A stretch of 64,000 nt of DNA from Nitrospinales bacterium. GTDB taxonomy: Bacteria > Nitrospinota > Nitrospinia > Nitrospinales > VA-1. Under the pieces are notes generated by a model. The model made no database searches, had not been told where the DNA came from, and was given only the letters and a program-made list of their open reading frames with translations. Numbering within the stretch: the first letter of the stretch is position 1; each line of letters begins with the position of its first letter. The position numbers and the translations under genes were made by a program. Of this stretch, positions 1-9,219 are shown one piece after another. The stretch is taken from the NCBI GenBank assembly GCA_965262115.1, contig OZ253496.1, positions 2,400,001-2,464,000 of the forward strand, written 5' to 3'.

Positions 1-626
1 TCGTAAATTGGAATCCCTGCCTCAATCCGAAGAACTTCGCGGACGATTTCGCACACTTTTATTGGGGGTGGGTCGTTTCGCAAAATAAGCTCGATCAATT
101 TTTCTTTCAATTCATTTGGCAAGCAAAGAATTTGTCCTTCTTCACCCGTCAGGCTTTTCATGATGAGGTCCACCCGATGCCCACGGAGAGTCAGTTGAGT
201 GGTGTCATTAGGTTTGTCGGGCAGGTTTTGGCCTGAGAAAATCTTTTCCAGAATGAGAGAGCTTTTGGGGCCTTGCAGTGCCAGCAGTTGGCAGTTTAAA
301 ACTGTGAACTCAACCTCCTCGCGAAAGTGGAAACTTTCCAAATGGCTCAGCAATATCTCTTTGAGTGAAGCCTCCACCAGGATATAGGCCTCATGTTCGG
401 CTATTCGATGAATAGAGAAGTTTGCAATCAGCCGGGCCTGTCGATCGGTGACGGCACTGTTCTGGCCTTGTCCTGGCTGGATTTGCAATACGTCATTAGT
501 GGTCTGGGTCTGCAGAAAAGAGAAGGTCTCTTTACCCTTGGCCGAGATAACGGCCCAGTTTTCAAGCAGGAAATAACCACAATGGTTGCGGACTTGATCG
601 ACTTCAGTCTGAAATGTGTGTTTCAT
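1..626 (-). CDS. YgfZ/GcvT-family folate-binding (aminomethyltransferase-like) protein, runs off the window start
   Basis: Not in the ORF track; hand translation from ATG at 626 gives MKHTFQTEVDQVRNHCGYFLLENWAVISAKGKETFSFLQTQTTNDV...LLALQGPKS...REVLRIEAGIPIY, with GcvT/YgfZ-type motifs. Lies next to an IscA-type gene. Confidence 0.8.
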   Translation of the reverse strand, partial: MKHTFQTEVDQVRNHCGYFLLENWAVISAKGKETFSFLQTQTTNDVLQIQPGQGQNSAVTDRQARLIANFSIHRIAEHEAYILVEASLKEILLSHLESFHFREEVEFTVLNCQLLALQGPKSSLILEKIFSGQNLPDKPNDTTQLTLRGHRVDLIMKSLTGEEGQILCLPNELKEKLIELILRNDPPPIKVCEIVREVLRIEAGIPIY

Positions 627-644
627 GGGCTAAAATAAACGCAC

Positions 645-690
645 CACTAGCCGTGGAGGCAGATAACAAAAAGTTGTTAGAAGGAAGTTT
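645..690 (+). repeat. Truncated copy of the CTAG-associated intergenic repeat family
   Basis: CACTAGCCGTGGAGGC is identical to 10981-10996. Confidence 0.6.
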
Positions 691-695
691 ATTGT

Positions 696-775
696 GCTCC
701 CTCTTTCTCAAAGCACCCGTGCCGGGCACGAGGGCTAAGGTTAAATATCACGAGGGGCTGGGGTGATTTACATCC
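696..775 (+). repeat. REP-like hairpin repeat, copy 1, interrupted by a 38-bp micro-element (714-751)
   Basis: TGCTCCCTCTTTCTCAAAG-[insert]-AGGGGCTGGGGTGATTTACAT; near-identical flanks at 1181-1260. Confidence 0.8.
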
Positions 776-815
776 AGTAATAACCCGTTGCTCTGAACGG
801 GGAACATTTGTTTTG

Positions 816-1157
816 TCAGGTGATGGAGAAGGACTCCCCGCATCCGCAGGTTGAGGTTGCGTTTGGATTTACAAAAACAAATCCTTTTCCCTGCAAGCCG
901 TCCTGAAAATCCAATTGCATGCCTTTCAAGTAAATCATGCTTTTGGCATCCATGTAGACGTTAAAGCCTTCATGCGGGATCACCGTGTCACCATTCTCCT
1001 GCGGCGTGAACTGGAGGTCGTAAGACAGGCCGGAACATCCGCCTCCTTTAACTCCCAGGCGTAGTCCGATATCGGGATTGCTTTCTGCATTGACAAGCTT
1101 TATGACCTCTTCGCTGGCTTTAGGGGTAATTTTTACAAAATCGATGTCGACTGCCAT
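816..1157 (-). CDS. iscA: Fe-S cluster assembly A-type carrier (IscA/ErpA/HesB family)
   Basis: GGGCSGLSY and TCGCGESF motifs. Confidence 0.93.
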   Translation of the reverse strand: MAVDIDFVKITPKASEEVIKLVNAESNPDIGLRLGVKGGGCSGLSYDLQFTPQENGDTVIPHEGFNVYMDAKSMIYLKGMQLDFQDGLQGKGFVFVNPNATSTCGCGESFSIT

Positions 1158-1180
1158 GAACGCCTCCAGTGGTTATGTTT

Positions 1181-1260
1181 TGCTCCCTCTTTCTCAAAGT
1201 ACCCCTTCGGGGCATGAAAGTTAATGAGGGGATATCACAAGGGCCGGGGTGATTTACATT
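1181..1260 (+). repeat. REP-like hairpin repeat, copy 2, interrupted by a 39-bp micro-element (1200-1238)
   Basis: Direct repeat of 696-775 with an insert at the same position. Confidence 0.8.
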
Positions 1261-1762
1261 CAGAAGAAATTATAACTCTTCCTATTAGATAGCATATGGG
1301 TGCTTAAAGATTCATTAATTATACCCAATTTTAGCGTTTTCCGTCAAATTAAGCGCACTCGGCGTGCGGCCAACGGGTAATAGCCTTCATGGGCGGACAA
1401 AGTGTTGTCTTGGCTTATATTTCGTTGGCAAACACATCAGGTATTTTGATGATTTTTTGATATGGGTGACATTGGGACTTTTATCATTATTAATGCTGTA
1501 TGTTTCGATAATTTGGATTGCAAAAGGATTTACAAAGGAGCAATAATCTGGCTGATTTTGAGGGACTACTAGAACTAAGCCTTACGATACATTGGTGGAA
1601 TATATTTTATTTCTTCTGAATGTAAATCATCAATACTTGAGTTCAAGTTGTAAGTGCAACTTTTAGTAAAGTTTTCTTTTTGAAGAATAGCTCAAATTCA
1701 CCAAATCGTTTCAAAAGCCCACCCATTTCCAGTATGTGTTAGTCGATGGGTATGGGCAATCT

Positions 1763-2173
1763 TTATAGAACCTCCTTCAAGGCGGTTTGAAAAAACTTTG
1801 AACGGTTTAACCCCATGCTTTTTGCTCTCTGGTCCGCGACCTTCAGGAGGTTTTTGGGGATAGTGATATCAACGTGGACGGACTTGTCGGATTCCATCGA
1901 CATCTTCACAGCAAAAACATCGGGTTCAATCAGGGCGACCGATTCACCGGGCTCGGTTTTTTTCATGATCTTTTTGACCGGGCTTGGTCTGGGAATTTTC
2001 TCTCCATCCGTCAGCATTCCATATAAGTGGAGAGACAGGCACTCCTTAGCCATTTTAATGGCGTCTTCATAGTTATCCCCCATACTTACGGCTCCTGGCA
2101 GGTCCGGGAAGGATACTCCATACCCTTTTTTAGCGGGTTCCAGAATGGCGGGAAAGGCTCCGGGATTTTTCAT
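1763..2173 (-). CDS. hicB: HicB-family antitoxin with C-terminal ribbon-helix-helix
   Basis: GYGVSFPDLPGAVSMGDNYEDAIKMAKECL motif; directly downstream of hicA. Confidence 0.9.
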   Translation of the reverse strand: MKNPGAFPAILEPAKKGYGVSFPDLPGAVSMGDNYEDAIKMAKECLSLHLYGMLTDGEKIPRPSPVKKIMKKTEPGESVALIEPDVFAVKMSMESDKSVHVDITIPKNLLKVADQRAKSMGLNRSKFFQTALKEVL

Positions 2174-2174
2174 G

Positions 2175-2375
2175 CTAAAACTCCTTTATTCCTGATTGCT
2201 TCATAATAGATTTAATCATTTTTTTGGAGAACGAGTCTTTTGGGTGCGGTACGGTGACTTTTCCGGGTTTGACAGAATGTTTGAACTGAAGATGGCTCCC
2301 TGCGGAAGTCACTTTATACCAACCGTCTTTTTTAAGGGCTCTGATGATTTGCTTTGAACTCAGGCTCCAGTTCAT
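2175..2375 (-). CDS. hicA: HicA-family toxin (mRNA interferase)
   Basis: LKKDGW...GSHLQFKH..KPGKVTVPHPK signature. Confidence 0.9.
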   Translation of the reverse strand: MNWSLSSKQIIRALKKDGWYKVTSAGSHLQFKHSVKPGKVTVPHPKDSFSKKMIKSIMKQSGIKEF

Positions 2376-2641
2376 ACAGACTAATATACATTGATAAGGC
2401 GGCGAGTCAATAGGAGCTGACCGGAGAGTATGGCGATATGCTACTCTGGAAAATATGCGGTGCGATTATAAACAGTGTCTTTCGAGTAACCGCTTACTTT
2501 ACAGTGGGATATTTCTTACCTGATCTACTGCCCTTATAGTATTATAGAGTGAAAAAAGCTTGAAAGCATAAATCTTTTTGGCCAAAATAGAATCAAATAC
2601 TGCATAGGTCATTTCAACCCCTGATGGAGATAGATATAAGG

Positions 2642-2872
2642 ATGATCAGTATTCCGGATTTGATTGGTTTGGTTAAAACAGCGGTTCCTGACGCAGAAGT
2701 GAATGCTTTGGATAAAACGGGGATGAAAGATCATTTTATCATTCATGTCACCTCAAATGCTTTTGAAGGAGTGGCAATTATGGATCGGCACCGTATGGTT
2801 ATGGAAGCTTTGGATCCGGCTATGAAGGATGGACGGATTCACGCGGCGGAAGTCAAGACCGCAACACCTTGA
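2642..2872 (+). CDS. bolA: BolA/IbaG family protein
   Basis: DHFIIHVTSNAFEG...RHRMV...IHA motif; paired with grxD. Confidence 0.88.
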   Translation: MISIPDLIGLVKTAVPDAEVNALDKTGMKDHFIIHVTSNAFEGVAIMDRHRMVMEALDPAMKDGRIHAAEVKTATP

Positions 2873-2944
2873 ACTGACCACAGTGCTCCCCTTGAGTTTT
2901 TATAAATTTTTGTAAGTGTTGATATTTTTTTAAAGGAGTGTGTA

Positions 2945-3265
2945 ATGTCTGGTATTGAAGATCAAATTAAAGAAGAAATTGCGGCTAATAAAATCCTGAT
3001 TTACGGGAAGGGTACTAAAGCAGCACCGCAATGCGGATTCACAGTAGAGACCATCCAGTTTTTCAATAAATATGGGTACCCCTTTGAAGTCATCAATTGT
3101 CTCGAAGATATGACAAAGCGTGAAGCCTTGAACAAGATGACCAACTGGCCGACACTTCCCAAAGTTTTTATTGATGGCAAGTTTTACGGCGATACGGATA
3201 TTCTCGATGAGATGGAAGCCAAGGGTGAGGTGGAGCCTCTGATTAAAGCCGCATTTGGTGAGTGA
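2945..3265 (+). CDS. grxD: Monothiol glutaredoxin (Grx4/GrxD), CGFT variant
   Basis: KGT..APQCGFT, NWPTLPKVFIDGKFYG. Confidence 0.88.
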   Translation: MSGIEDQIKEEIAANKILIYGKGTKAAPQCGFTVETIQFFNKYGYPFEVINCLEDMTKREALNKMTNWPTLPKVFIDGKFYGDTDILDEMEAKGEVEPLIKAAFGE

Positions 3266-3414
3266 TATCCCATTTAGGGGTGATGGGCTTGCGGGAATTA
3301 TATCCCTCAAGCCCTGTTCTTTTTTGGGAGGCCTTTTTTTGCAAAGGTCTCGCATTTTTTGGTCCTGTTGTATGACAGGACCCTTTGCTAATAATCAATA
3401 AAGAGGTGTTTTCT

Positions 3415-3936
3415 ATGCCTGATGAGTTAGAGGTTGGGGACCGCGCGCCTAATTTTGAATTGCCCGCTTGCTATGGTTATAAAGCAGGCGCGTCAAGTCC
3501 ATCTGCTGAAGAAAAGGTGGTGGTCGGCCTGAAGGATTTTCAGGATAAAAAATGGGTGGTGCTGGCTTTTTACAGGCTGGATAGCAGTCCTGAAGATACC
3601 CGCCTGATGGTAGGGTTCAATGAATGGAACCGAAAATTCAAAACCCGTGAAGTAGAAGTTGTGGGCTGCAGTTGGAATGGTGTTAACGCTCATCAGCAGT
3701 TTATCGAAGTGTTCCAGTTCGGGTTCACCTTATTGGCGGATGAACACAAAAAAACTACGGAACTTTATGGGGTGATCAAAGAAGAAGAAGATCTGGGCCA
3801 GATGGTCAAATACATTGAACGTACTACTTTCGTGATCGATAAAACAGGAATGATCCGGGCGATTTGGCGAAACATTGAAGACCTCCGCGAACACCCAGCC
3901 GCAGTCTGGGATTTCATCCAAAAAGAAAAGCGCTAG
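3415..3936 (+). CDS. Peroxiredoxin (Bcp/PrxQ-like) homolog lacking the peroxidatic Cys
   Basis: VGDRAPNFEL, WVVLAFYRLDSSPEDT, LLADE, ERTTFVIDKTG match the AhpC/TSA fold; PxxxTxxC is not intact. Confidence 0.8.
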   Translation: MPDELEVGDRAPNFELPACYGYKAGASSPSAEEKVVVGLKDFQDKKWVVLAFYRLDSSPEDTRLMVGFNEWNRKFKTREVEVVGCSWNGVNAHQQFIEVFQFGFTLLADEHKKTTELYGVIKEEEDLGQMVKYIERTTFVIDKTGMIRAIWRNIEDLREHPAAVWDFIQKEKR

Positions 3937-4021
3937 CGACCGGCCAAGCGGCCGGAGGCAATCGGGCAAAGGCTTATTGAACCGCCAAAACTCTTTGCTC
4001 GCCAGCAAAAGTCAGTGCTAG
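3933..4021 (+). repeat. CTAG-bounded intergenic repeat between convergent genes
   Basis: About 78% identical by eye over 65 nt to 10991-11055; both CTAGs contain the flanking stop codons. Confidence 0.7.
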
Positions 4022-4743
4022 TTGGCCCCGCGCCTAGCGGTAGTTATGATGGTTTCCCGAATGGATTCCAAAACAGCCTCATTTTCTTTTTTATCGGCGC
4101 TTGGTTCGACGGGAGGGGAAATAATGACCCGGATGGGACCCGGGGTGATGCTGGCACTGCCTTTTTTGATGATATCCCCACTCCCGATAATGGTGATCGG
4201 TACCATAGGGCTTTTGGACCGGCTAGCTATCAGATTGCTGCCCTTCTTAAACGGACCTATTTCTCCATCCTCAGAGCGTGTGCCTTCCGGGAAAATAATT
4301 AATGAACATCCTTCCCTGATTTTTTCCAGTGTCTTGTTAAAAGCTTCATAAGCCTTCTTGCGATCACCCCTGTCTACCTGGATGTAACCCGATGCTGACA
4401 TCGACCAACCCATAAGAGGAATTTTGAACAGGCTAGATTTGGCGACCCATCTTATTTGTACGGGAAGATATCCAGACAACGCGAAAATATCAAAATAGCC
4501 CTGGTGGTTGGAAACGAAAATTTGCGGTCGATCGGTGAGAATATTTTCCTGTCCGCTTATTTCAACCTTAACTCCGTTCAGTTTGCAAAGAAGCCGACAC
4601 CAGAGTCGGGATATCGTGTGGGAGAGGTTGCCGCTTTTGTCAAAAATTCCTGCGACAATCGCCAGAATCCCAAGAATTATGGATAGAAAAGAAATGAGCA
4701 TCCAAAACCTTGCTGTATGATAAATTAAAACGAGTTTGCTCAA
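4018..4743 (-). CDS. plsC: 1-acyl-sn-glycerol-3-phosphate acyltransferase
   Basis: NHQGYFD and IFPEGTRS motifs. Confidence 0.9.
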   Translation of the reverse strand: MSKLVLIYHTARFWMLISFLSIILGILAIVAGIFDKSGNLSHTISRLWCRLLCKLNGVKVEISGQENILTDRPQIFVSNHQGYFDIFALSGYLPVQIRWVAKSSLFKIPLMGWSMSASGYIQVDRGDRKKAYEAFNKTLEKIREGCSLIIFPEGTRSEDGEIGPFKKGSNLIASRSKSPMVPITIIGSGDIIKKGSASITPGPIRVIISPPVEPSADKKENEAVLESIRETIITTARRGAN

Positions 4744-4775
4744 CTTGGATTCCGTCTGAAATCGGCTTGAAAAAA

Positions 4776-5579
4776 ATGGCAGGAAATCGGAAAAGGTTCG
4801 GTATTTGCTTTCAAATCGGGCTGATTTTAATATTGCTGGTTGTGAGTATTCAGAATTCCGCTGCCTGGGGACCTCAGGGCCATCGGGTTATTGGTTTTAT
4901 TGCCGAGAGCCATTTACAACCGGAGGCTAAAGAATTAATCCTCGAAAAGTTTAACATAAACAGCTTGGCAGATGTTGCGACCTGGGCGGACAGGACCCGG
5001 AAAAAGCGAAAAGAAGAAAACCCCTGGCATTACACCAATATTGAAGAAGGGCAGGGGACTTATAAAGCTGAAAGGGATTGCCCAAGCGGAGCCTGTGTTA
5101 CCGAGAAAATTCATGAATTCTCAGGTGTTTTAGGAAACCGTTCAGCTTCTTTACCGCAAAGAAAAGCCGCGCTGAAATATCTGGTACATTTTGTTGGAGA
5201 TGTGCATCAACCCCTTCACCTGGGTAACAAAAAAGATCGGGGCGGGGGCACTCTCCGCTTTCCTTATAAAGGAAAAGTGGCCAGCCTGCATTATTTATGG
5301 GATGGAGGGCTGATAGAGTGGCCTGGATCTCTGTTACAATACGCGTCCCACTTGAATAATAGGGTGTCTGAGGACGAAGTTTTGATGTGGAACCAGTCAT
5401 CGGTTTCTGATTGGGCCAACGAATCCAGAAGCCTGGCTTTGAAAGTCGCCTACAATATTGAAGAGGAAGGCCTGACCAAACCTTATATTGAAAAAGGCCG
5501 GGAGGTTATTAACCTCCGGCTAACGCAGGCAGGTGTTCGGCTTGCGCACTTGTTGAATACAATATTAACGATTTTGTAA
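4776..5579 (+). CDS. S1/P1 family secreted nuclease
   Basis: Signal peptide followed by WGPQGH; WADR; HFVGDVHQPLH; LHYLWD. Confidence 0.9.
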   Translation: MAGNRKRFGICFQIGLILILLVVSIQNSAAWGPQGHRVIGFIAESHLQPEAKELILEKFNINSLADVATWADRTRKKRKEENPWHYTNIEEGQGTYKAERDCPSGACVTEKIHEFSGVLGNRSASLPQRKAALKYLVHFVGDVHQPLHLGNKKDRGGGTLRFPYKGKVASLHYLWDGGLIEWPGSLLQYASHLNNRVSEDEVLMWNQSSVSDWANESRSLALKVAYNIEEEGLTKPYIEKGREVINLRLTQAGVRLAHLLNTILTIL

Positions 5580-5580
5580 T

Positions 5581-5595
5581 GGGGGGGGGGGGGGG
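5581..5595 (+). repeat. G15 homopolymer tract
   Basis: 15 consecutive G ending 3 nt before the TTG start at 5599. Confidence 0.85.
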
Positions 5596-5598
5596 ACC

Positions 5599-6318
5599 TT
5601 GGCAGAAAACAATCCGATTTATTTCAAGCAGCTATTATCGGGGATTGATTTGGGGACCCAGGATCCCTCGGCACGTTCGATGGCCAACTTTTTATACTTG
5701 ATTGGAGACCAGGAAACTCGCGAATGCGTTGTGGTCGACCCCGCATGGGATATCGATGGAATTCTTAAGGTAGTTGAAGAGGATGGCATGAAGCTGACCG
5801 GTGCCCTAGTGACCCATTACCATCCCGACCATGTGGGAGGAGAAATTTTTGGCATTGAAATTACCGGACTGGCGGAGTTGATGGAAAAACATCCCGTACC
5901 GGTTTATGTGAACAAGCATGAGGCGGAAGGGCTGAAGAAGGTTACGGGAATATCGATGTCCGACATGACACAGGTGGATGGGGAGGATAAGCTTAAAGTG
6001 GGTTCAGTGGAGATCAGTTTTTTGCACACCCCGGGGCATACGCCCGGATCCCAGTGTTTCCGGGTCGCCGATAGTCTTGTTGCTGGCGACACGCTTTTTT
6101 TGCAGGGCTGTGGTCGGGTGGATCTGCCCGGAGGAAACAGTGAAGAATTATTCCACACCCTCACCCGTCGTTTGTCTAAAATTGAAGATCATATCATGTT
6201 GTATCCGGGACATAACTATGGAGGCAGTCCTTCTGGCGAGATGGGGGATGTGCGCCAGTCCAACTCCTACCTTCAAATTCAACGCCTGGAAGATTGGTTG
6301 GCGGTCATGGGCAGGTAA
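5599..6318 (+). CDS. MBL-fold metallo-hydrolase (glyoxalase II-like)
   Basis: THYHPDH, HTPGHTPGS, GDTLF...GCGR, YPGHNY. Confidence 0.88.
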   Translation: MAENNPIYFKQLLSGIDLGTQDPSARSMANFLYLIGDQETRECVVVDPAWDIDGILKVVEEDGMKLTGALVTHYHPDHVGGEIFGIEITGLAELMEKHPVPVYVNKHEAEGLKKVTGISMSDMTQVDGEDKLKVGSVEISFLHTPGHTPGSQCFRVADSLVAGDTLFLQGCGRVDLPGGNSEELFHTLTRRLSKIEDHIMLYPGHNYGGSPSGEMGDVRQSNSYLQIQRLEDWLAVMGR

Positions 6319-6425
6319 TACAAAAAGCTCGGGAGCCTGTTTTTTGCCTGTTGCCGGTTCCTATGGGAGCCGGGAAACTGGTTTTTCAGGCCTGTTGTGA
6401 AATGGTATTTTTTACTCTACTAAAG

Positions 6426-6633
6426 GAGACCTTCGCATAAGTCGAAAAACCTGAAAAGCGAGATGCTTCGAGATACCCCTACGGGGCATGAAGTTTAATG
6501 AAGAGGATATCACATACCCCTACGGGGCAAGAATTCAAAGGTCAAATATCACTAGCTCAGCATGACAATACTGGGCCATTTTGTCATTCTGAGGAACAAG
6601 GTGACGAAGAATCTCGGGTTATGCAAGGCTCTC
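6426..6633 (+). mobile_element. MITE, copy 1 (128-bp core plus two micro-element inserts)
   Basis: Terminal inverted repeats GAGACCTTCGCATAA / TTATGCAAGGCTCTC; flanks CTACTAAAG / CCACTAAAG (9-bp TSD, 1 mismatch); core differs from the 42629-42874 copy at 5 positions. Confidence 0.88.
6474..6553 (+). repeat. Two tandem micro-elements (6474-6513, 6515-6552)
   Basis: TACCCCTACGGGGCA...ATATCAC twice, each followed by one extra base. Confidence 0.9.
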
Positions 6634-6708
6634 CCACTAAAGGGGTTGCAACTTCCCTGTAAATAAATTAAATTTAGCCTGCTTAACCTTTATGACCAAG
6701 GAGGTCAG

Positions 6709-7380
6709 ATGAGATCCATCCTGTCAATGTTTTCGAAGTCGCCGTTTAAGCCTTTGGCAAGCCATATGGATAAAGTTCGTGCTTGTGTGGAGCAAATCAA
6801 GCCCTTGTTTGAGGCACTGGAAAACAAGGACTACGATTCGGTGCAAAAAGTTTCTGAATTGATCGTGAAGCTGGAGCATGAGGCGGACATGATCAAGGAC
6901 GATATTCGCACTCATATGCGGCAAAGCATGTTCCTGCCGGTTGATAAAAAAGATTTCATGCATATTCTTTCGGCGCAGGATGATATTGCCGATGCCATAG
7001 AAGATTTGGCCGTTTTACTGCGAATCAAAAACCTGGATACCCCGGTTGAAATCAAGCTCCTTTTAAAGGATTTGGTGAGCCATATTGTCAATACTGCACA
7101 TATGGGTTGTGATCTGATTTCCGAGTTGGAAGCTTTGCTGGAGGCTTCTTTCGGTGGTGCTGAAGCGGAAAAAGTGGAAAAGGCTACCCAGGAACTCGGC
7201 ACTGCCGAATGGGAAGCCGACCGCAAGCAGTTTCTACTGGCGAAAAAGTTGTTTGCATTGGGCAATGATTTAGGTCCGGCAGACTTGTTGTTATGGAATG
7301 AAGTGATCAAAAAGCTTGGTGCTGTTGCAGACAAGACGGAACAAATCGGTAAAACTCTTAGGATATTCCTTTCTCAATAA
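6709..7380 (+). CDS. DUF47 / PhoU-like phosphate transport regulator (TIGR00153-like)
   Basis: SPFKPL..HM, LEHEADMIK, QDDIADAIED; upstream of a PiT gene. Confidence 0.85.
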   Translation: MRSILSMFSKSPFKPLASHMDKVRACVEQIKPLFEALENKDYDSVQKVSELIVKLEHEADMIKDDIRTHMRQSMFLPVDKKDFMHILSAQDDIADAIEDLAVLLRIKNLDTPVEIKLLLKDLVSHIVNTAHMGCDLISELEALLEASFGGAEAEKVEKATQELGTAEWEADRKQFLLAKKLFALGNDLGPADLLLWNEVIKKLGAVADKTEQIGKTLRIFLSQ

Positions 7381-7426
7381 TTTAATTTCCCTTTAACTTG
7401 TTTTCAATCTCGGCAAGGAGCCTGGT

Positions 7427-8677
7427 TTGGATTTAGACACCTTCCTGCTTTCATTCGCGGTGATCGCCTGTATCTATATGGCCTGTAATATTGGGGCCAA
7501 CGATGTTGCCAACGCGATGGGTACCAGCGTAGGCTCCAAAGCGTTGACCTTTAAACAGGCGATCATGATTGCTGCCGTCGCTGAATTTATCGGAGCTTTT
7601 TTTGTTGGAGGCCATGTTTCCGATACCATTCGCAAGGGGATGCTCGATCCAACCATGTTTGAGGCGGTTCCTTATCATTTAGTTTATGGAATGATTTCTG
7701 CTTTGCTTGCGGCGGCGCTCTGGTTGCATATTGCCAGTTATCTTGGGTGGCCGGTTTCTACAACCCATTCCATTGTGGGAGGCGTTGTGGGATTTGGCGT
7801 CATCGCCGGAGGTATGGATGTCATAAACTGGGGGAAAGTCGGCCAGGTGGTTTTGAGCTGGGTGGTGTCACCGCTTATGGGTGGGTTGGTTGCTTTTATG
7901 GTGTTTAAGTTTATCAATAGAACCGTTTTCAGCAAGCGAACTCCACTGGTCTATGCCAAAGACCTGCTTCCTTATATGGTGTTTTTTGTATTTGTGATCC
8001 TTTCCAACGCCATGTTTTATAAGGGACTGAAAAATCTTCACCTGGATCTTTCCTTTGGTCAGGCTCTGATTATTTCTCTTATCGTGGGGACCCTGGCTTT
8101 TACCGTTACAAAATTTTTGGCGCAAAAAATTCCTTACAACGCTTCCTGGGATCTGCAGAAACAATTCCATGAAACAGAAAAAGTATTTAAATACCTGCAG
8201 ATTTTAACCGCGTTTTATGTGGCTTTTGCTCATGGCTCCAACGATGTAGCTAATGCCGTCGGACCCTTGGCGGCTGTGGTGGCGATTCTCAAAGATGGAC
8301 AGGTGCATATGAAGGTTGTCATGCCGACCTGGATATTGGCGATGGGCGGAGGATTCATCGTTTTTGGGTTATTGATTTGGGGTGCCAAGGTTATGGCCAC
8401 CATTGGAGAAAAAATTACGGAGCTCACTCCCTCGAGGGGATTTGCCGCGACGTTTGGCGCTGCAACAGTGGTATTGATCTGTTCCAAAATGGGACTGCCT
8501 ATTTCAACCACGCATACCTTGGTGGGATCAGTGATTGGAGTGGGGCTGGCCAGGGGCTTGCCAACTCTGAACTTGGATATTATTAAAATGATCGCGATTT
8601 CCTGGATCTCGACCATTCCGTTTACGTCCATAATCTCGATGCTGTGTTACAAAATATTCTTGGTCTTTTTGCCCTAG
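7427..8677 (+). CDS. pit: Inorganic phosphate transporter, PiT family
   Basis: GANDVANAMGTSVGS, PVSTTH, HGSNDVANAVGP. Confidence 0.93.
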   Translation: MDLDTFLLSFAVIACIYMACNIGANDVANAMGTSVGSKALTFKQAIMIAAVAEFIGAFFVGGHVSDTIRKGMLDPTMFEAVPYHLVYGMISALLAAALWLHIASYLGWPVSTTHSIVGGVVGFGVIAGGMDVINWGKVGQVVLSWVVSPLMGGLVAFMVFKFINRTVFSKRTPLVYAKDLLPYMVFFVFVILSNAMFYKGLKNLHLDLSFGQALIISLIVGTLAFTVTKFLAQKIPYNASWDLQKQFHETEKVFKYLQILTAFYVAFAHGSNDVANAVGPLAAVVAILKDGQVHMKVVMPTWILAMGGGFIVFGLLIWGAKVMATIGEKITELTPSRGFAATFGAATVVLICSKMGLPISTTHTLVGSVIGVGLARGLPTLNLDIIKMIAISWISTIPFTSIISMLCYKIFLVFLP

Positions 8678-8708
8678 CGCGATTTAGTTACCCAAAGGAG
8701 ATAAAAAC

Positions 8709-8745
8709 AAAACCCCCCTGGCCTCTCGGCCAGGGGGGTTTTTTT
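8709..8745. terminator. Bidirectional rho-independent terminator
   Basis: AAAACCCCCCTGGCC-TCTC-GGCCAGGGGGGTTTTTTT between convergent genes. Confidence 0.88.
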
Positions 8746-8767
8746 ATAGGATATGAATAATCCCGAG

Positions 8768-8992
8768 TCAGTTGTAATTTTGTTTTTGCAGGTATTCTGG
8801 CAGAGCCCACTCCAGCTTATCTAAATCTGTATTATAGTGAGCTAAAGCCCCGCAGAAGGAGCAATACTCGATCCCAACTTCGTAGTCCAGGGTGACAGCG
8901 TTGGCCCTGTGCTCACAAAACTTCTTTTTTACTGCCGGGTATCCGCCGTCATTATCTTCAAACCATCCTTTAGAAATTGTTAAGTCTTCCAT
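8768..8992 (-). CDS. Small hypothetical protein, possible Zn-binding (CEH...CSFC)
   Basis: ATG preceded by AGGAG; followed by a terminator. Confidence 0.6.
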   Translation of the reverse strand: MEDLTISKGWFEDNDGGYPAVKKKFCEHRANAVTLDYEVGIEYCSFCGALAHYNTDLDKLEWALPEYLQKQNYN

Positions 8993-9219
8993 TACATCTC
9001 CTTGTTCATGCTAGTTCAAAGATCACTGTCACTCTTAACTTTGATAGTGTCCCCTATGTTAAGACACAATTCAAGCTTTAATTAATCTCTTGTAAAATTT
9101 TATGGACTCGTTTATTGATGCTTTTTGGTTGATAGGGGATGGTGGAGTATGGTTTTTGCGGGGAGTGTTCGAAGGGCCGGTTTGTTAAACGGTTTGAAGG
9201 GAAATCTGGCTGACTTCTT

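Noticed and set aside
1364..1546. 60-aa ORF with a hydrophobic segment
   Set aside because: AT-rich region, GTG start without a clear RBS, no motif; not supportable.
3262..3282. CACCCCTAAATGGGATATCAC (minus strand) as a tenth micro-element
   Set aside because: Has both ends but is only 21 bp with no hairpin; possibly a deleted relic, not counted.
3337..3351. TTTTGCAAAGGTCTC resembling the MITE end
   Set aside because: A lone end with no partner TIR or TSD found.
6474..6553. Tandem ~39-bp units as a mini CRISPR array
   Set aside because: Units abut with one base between them, have conserved ends on both sides, occur singly elsewhere, and no cas genes are present.
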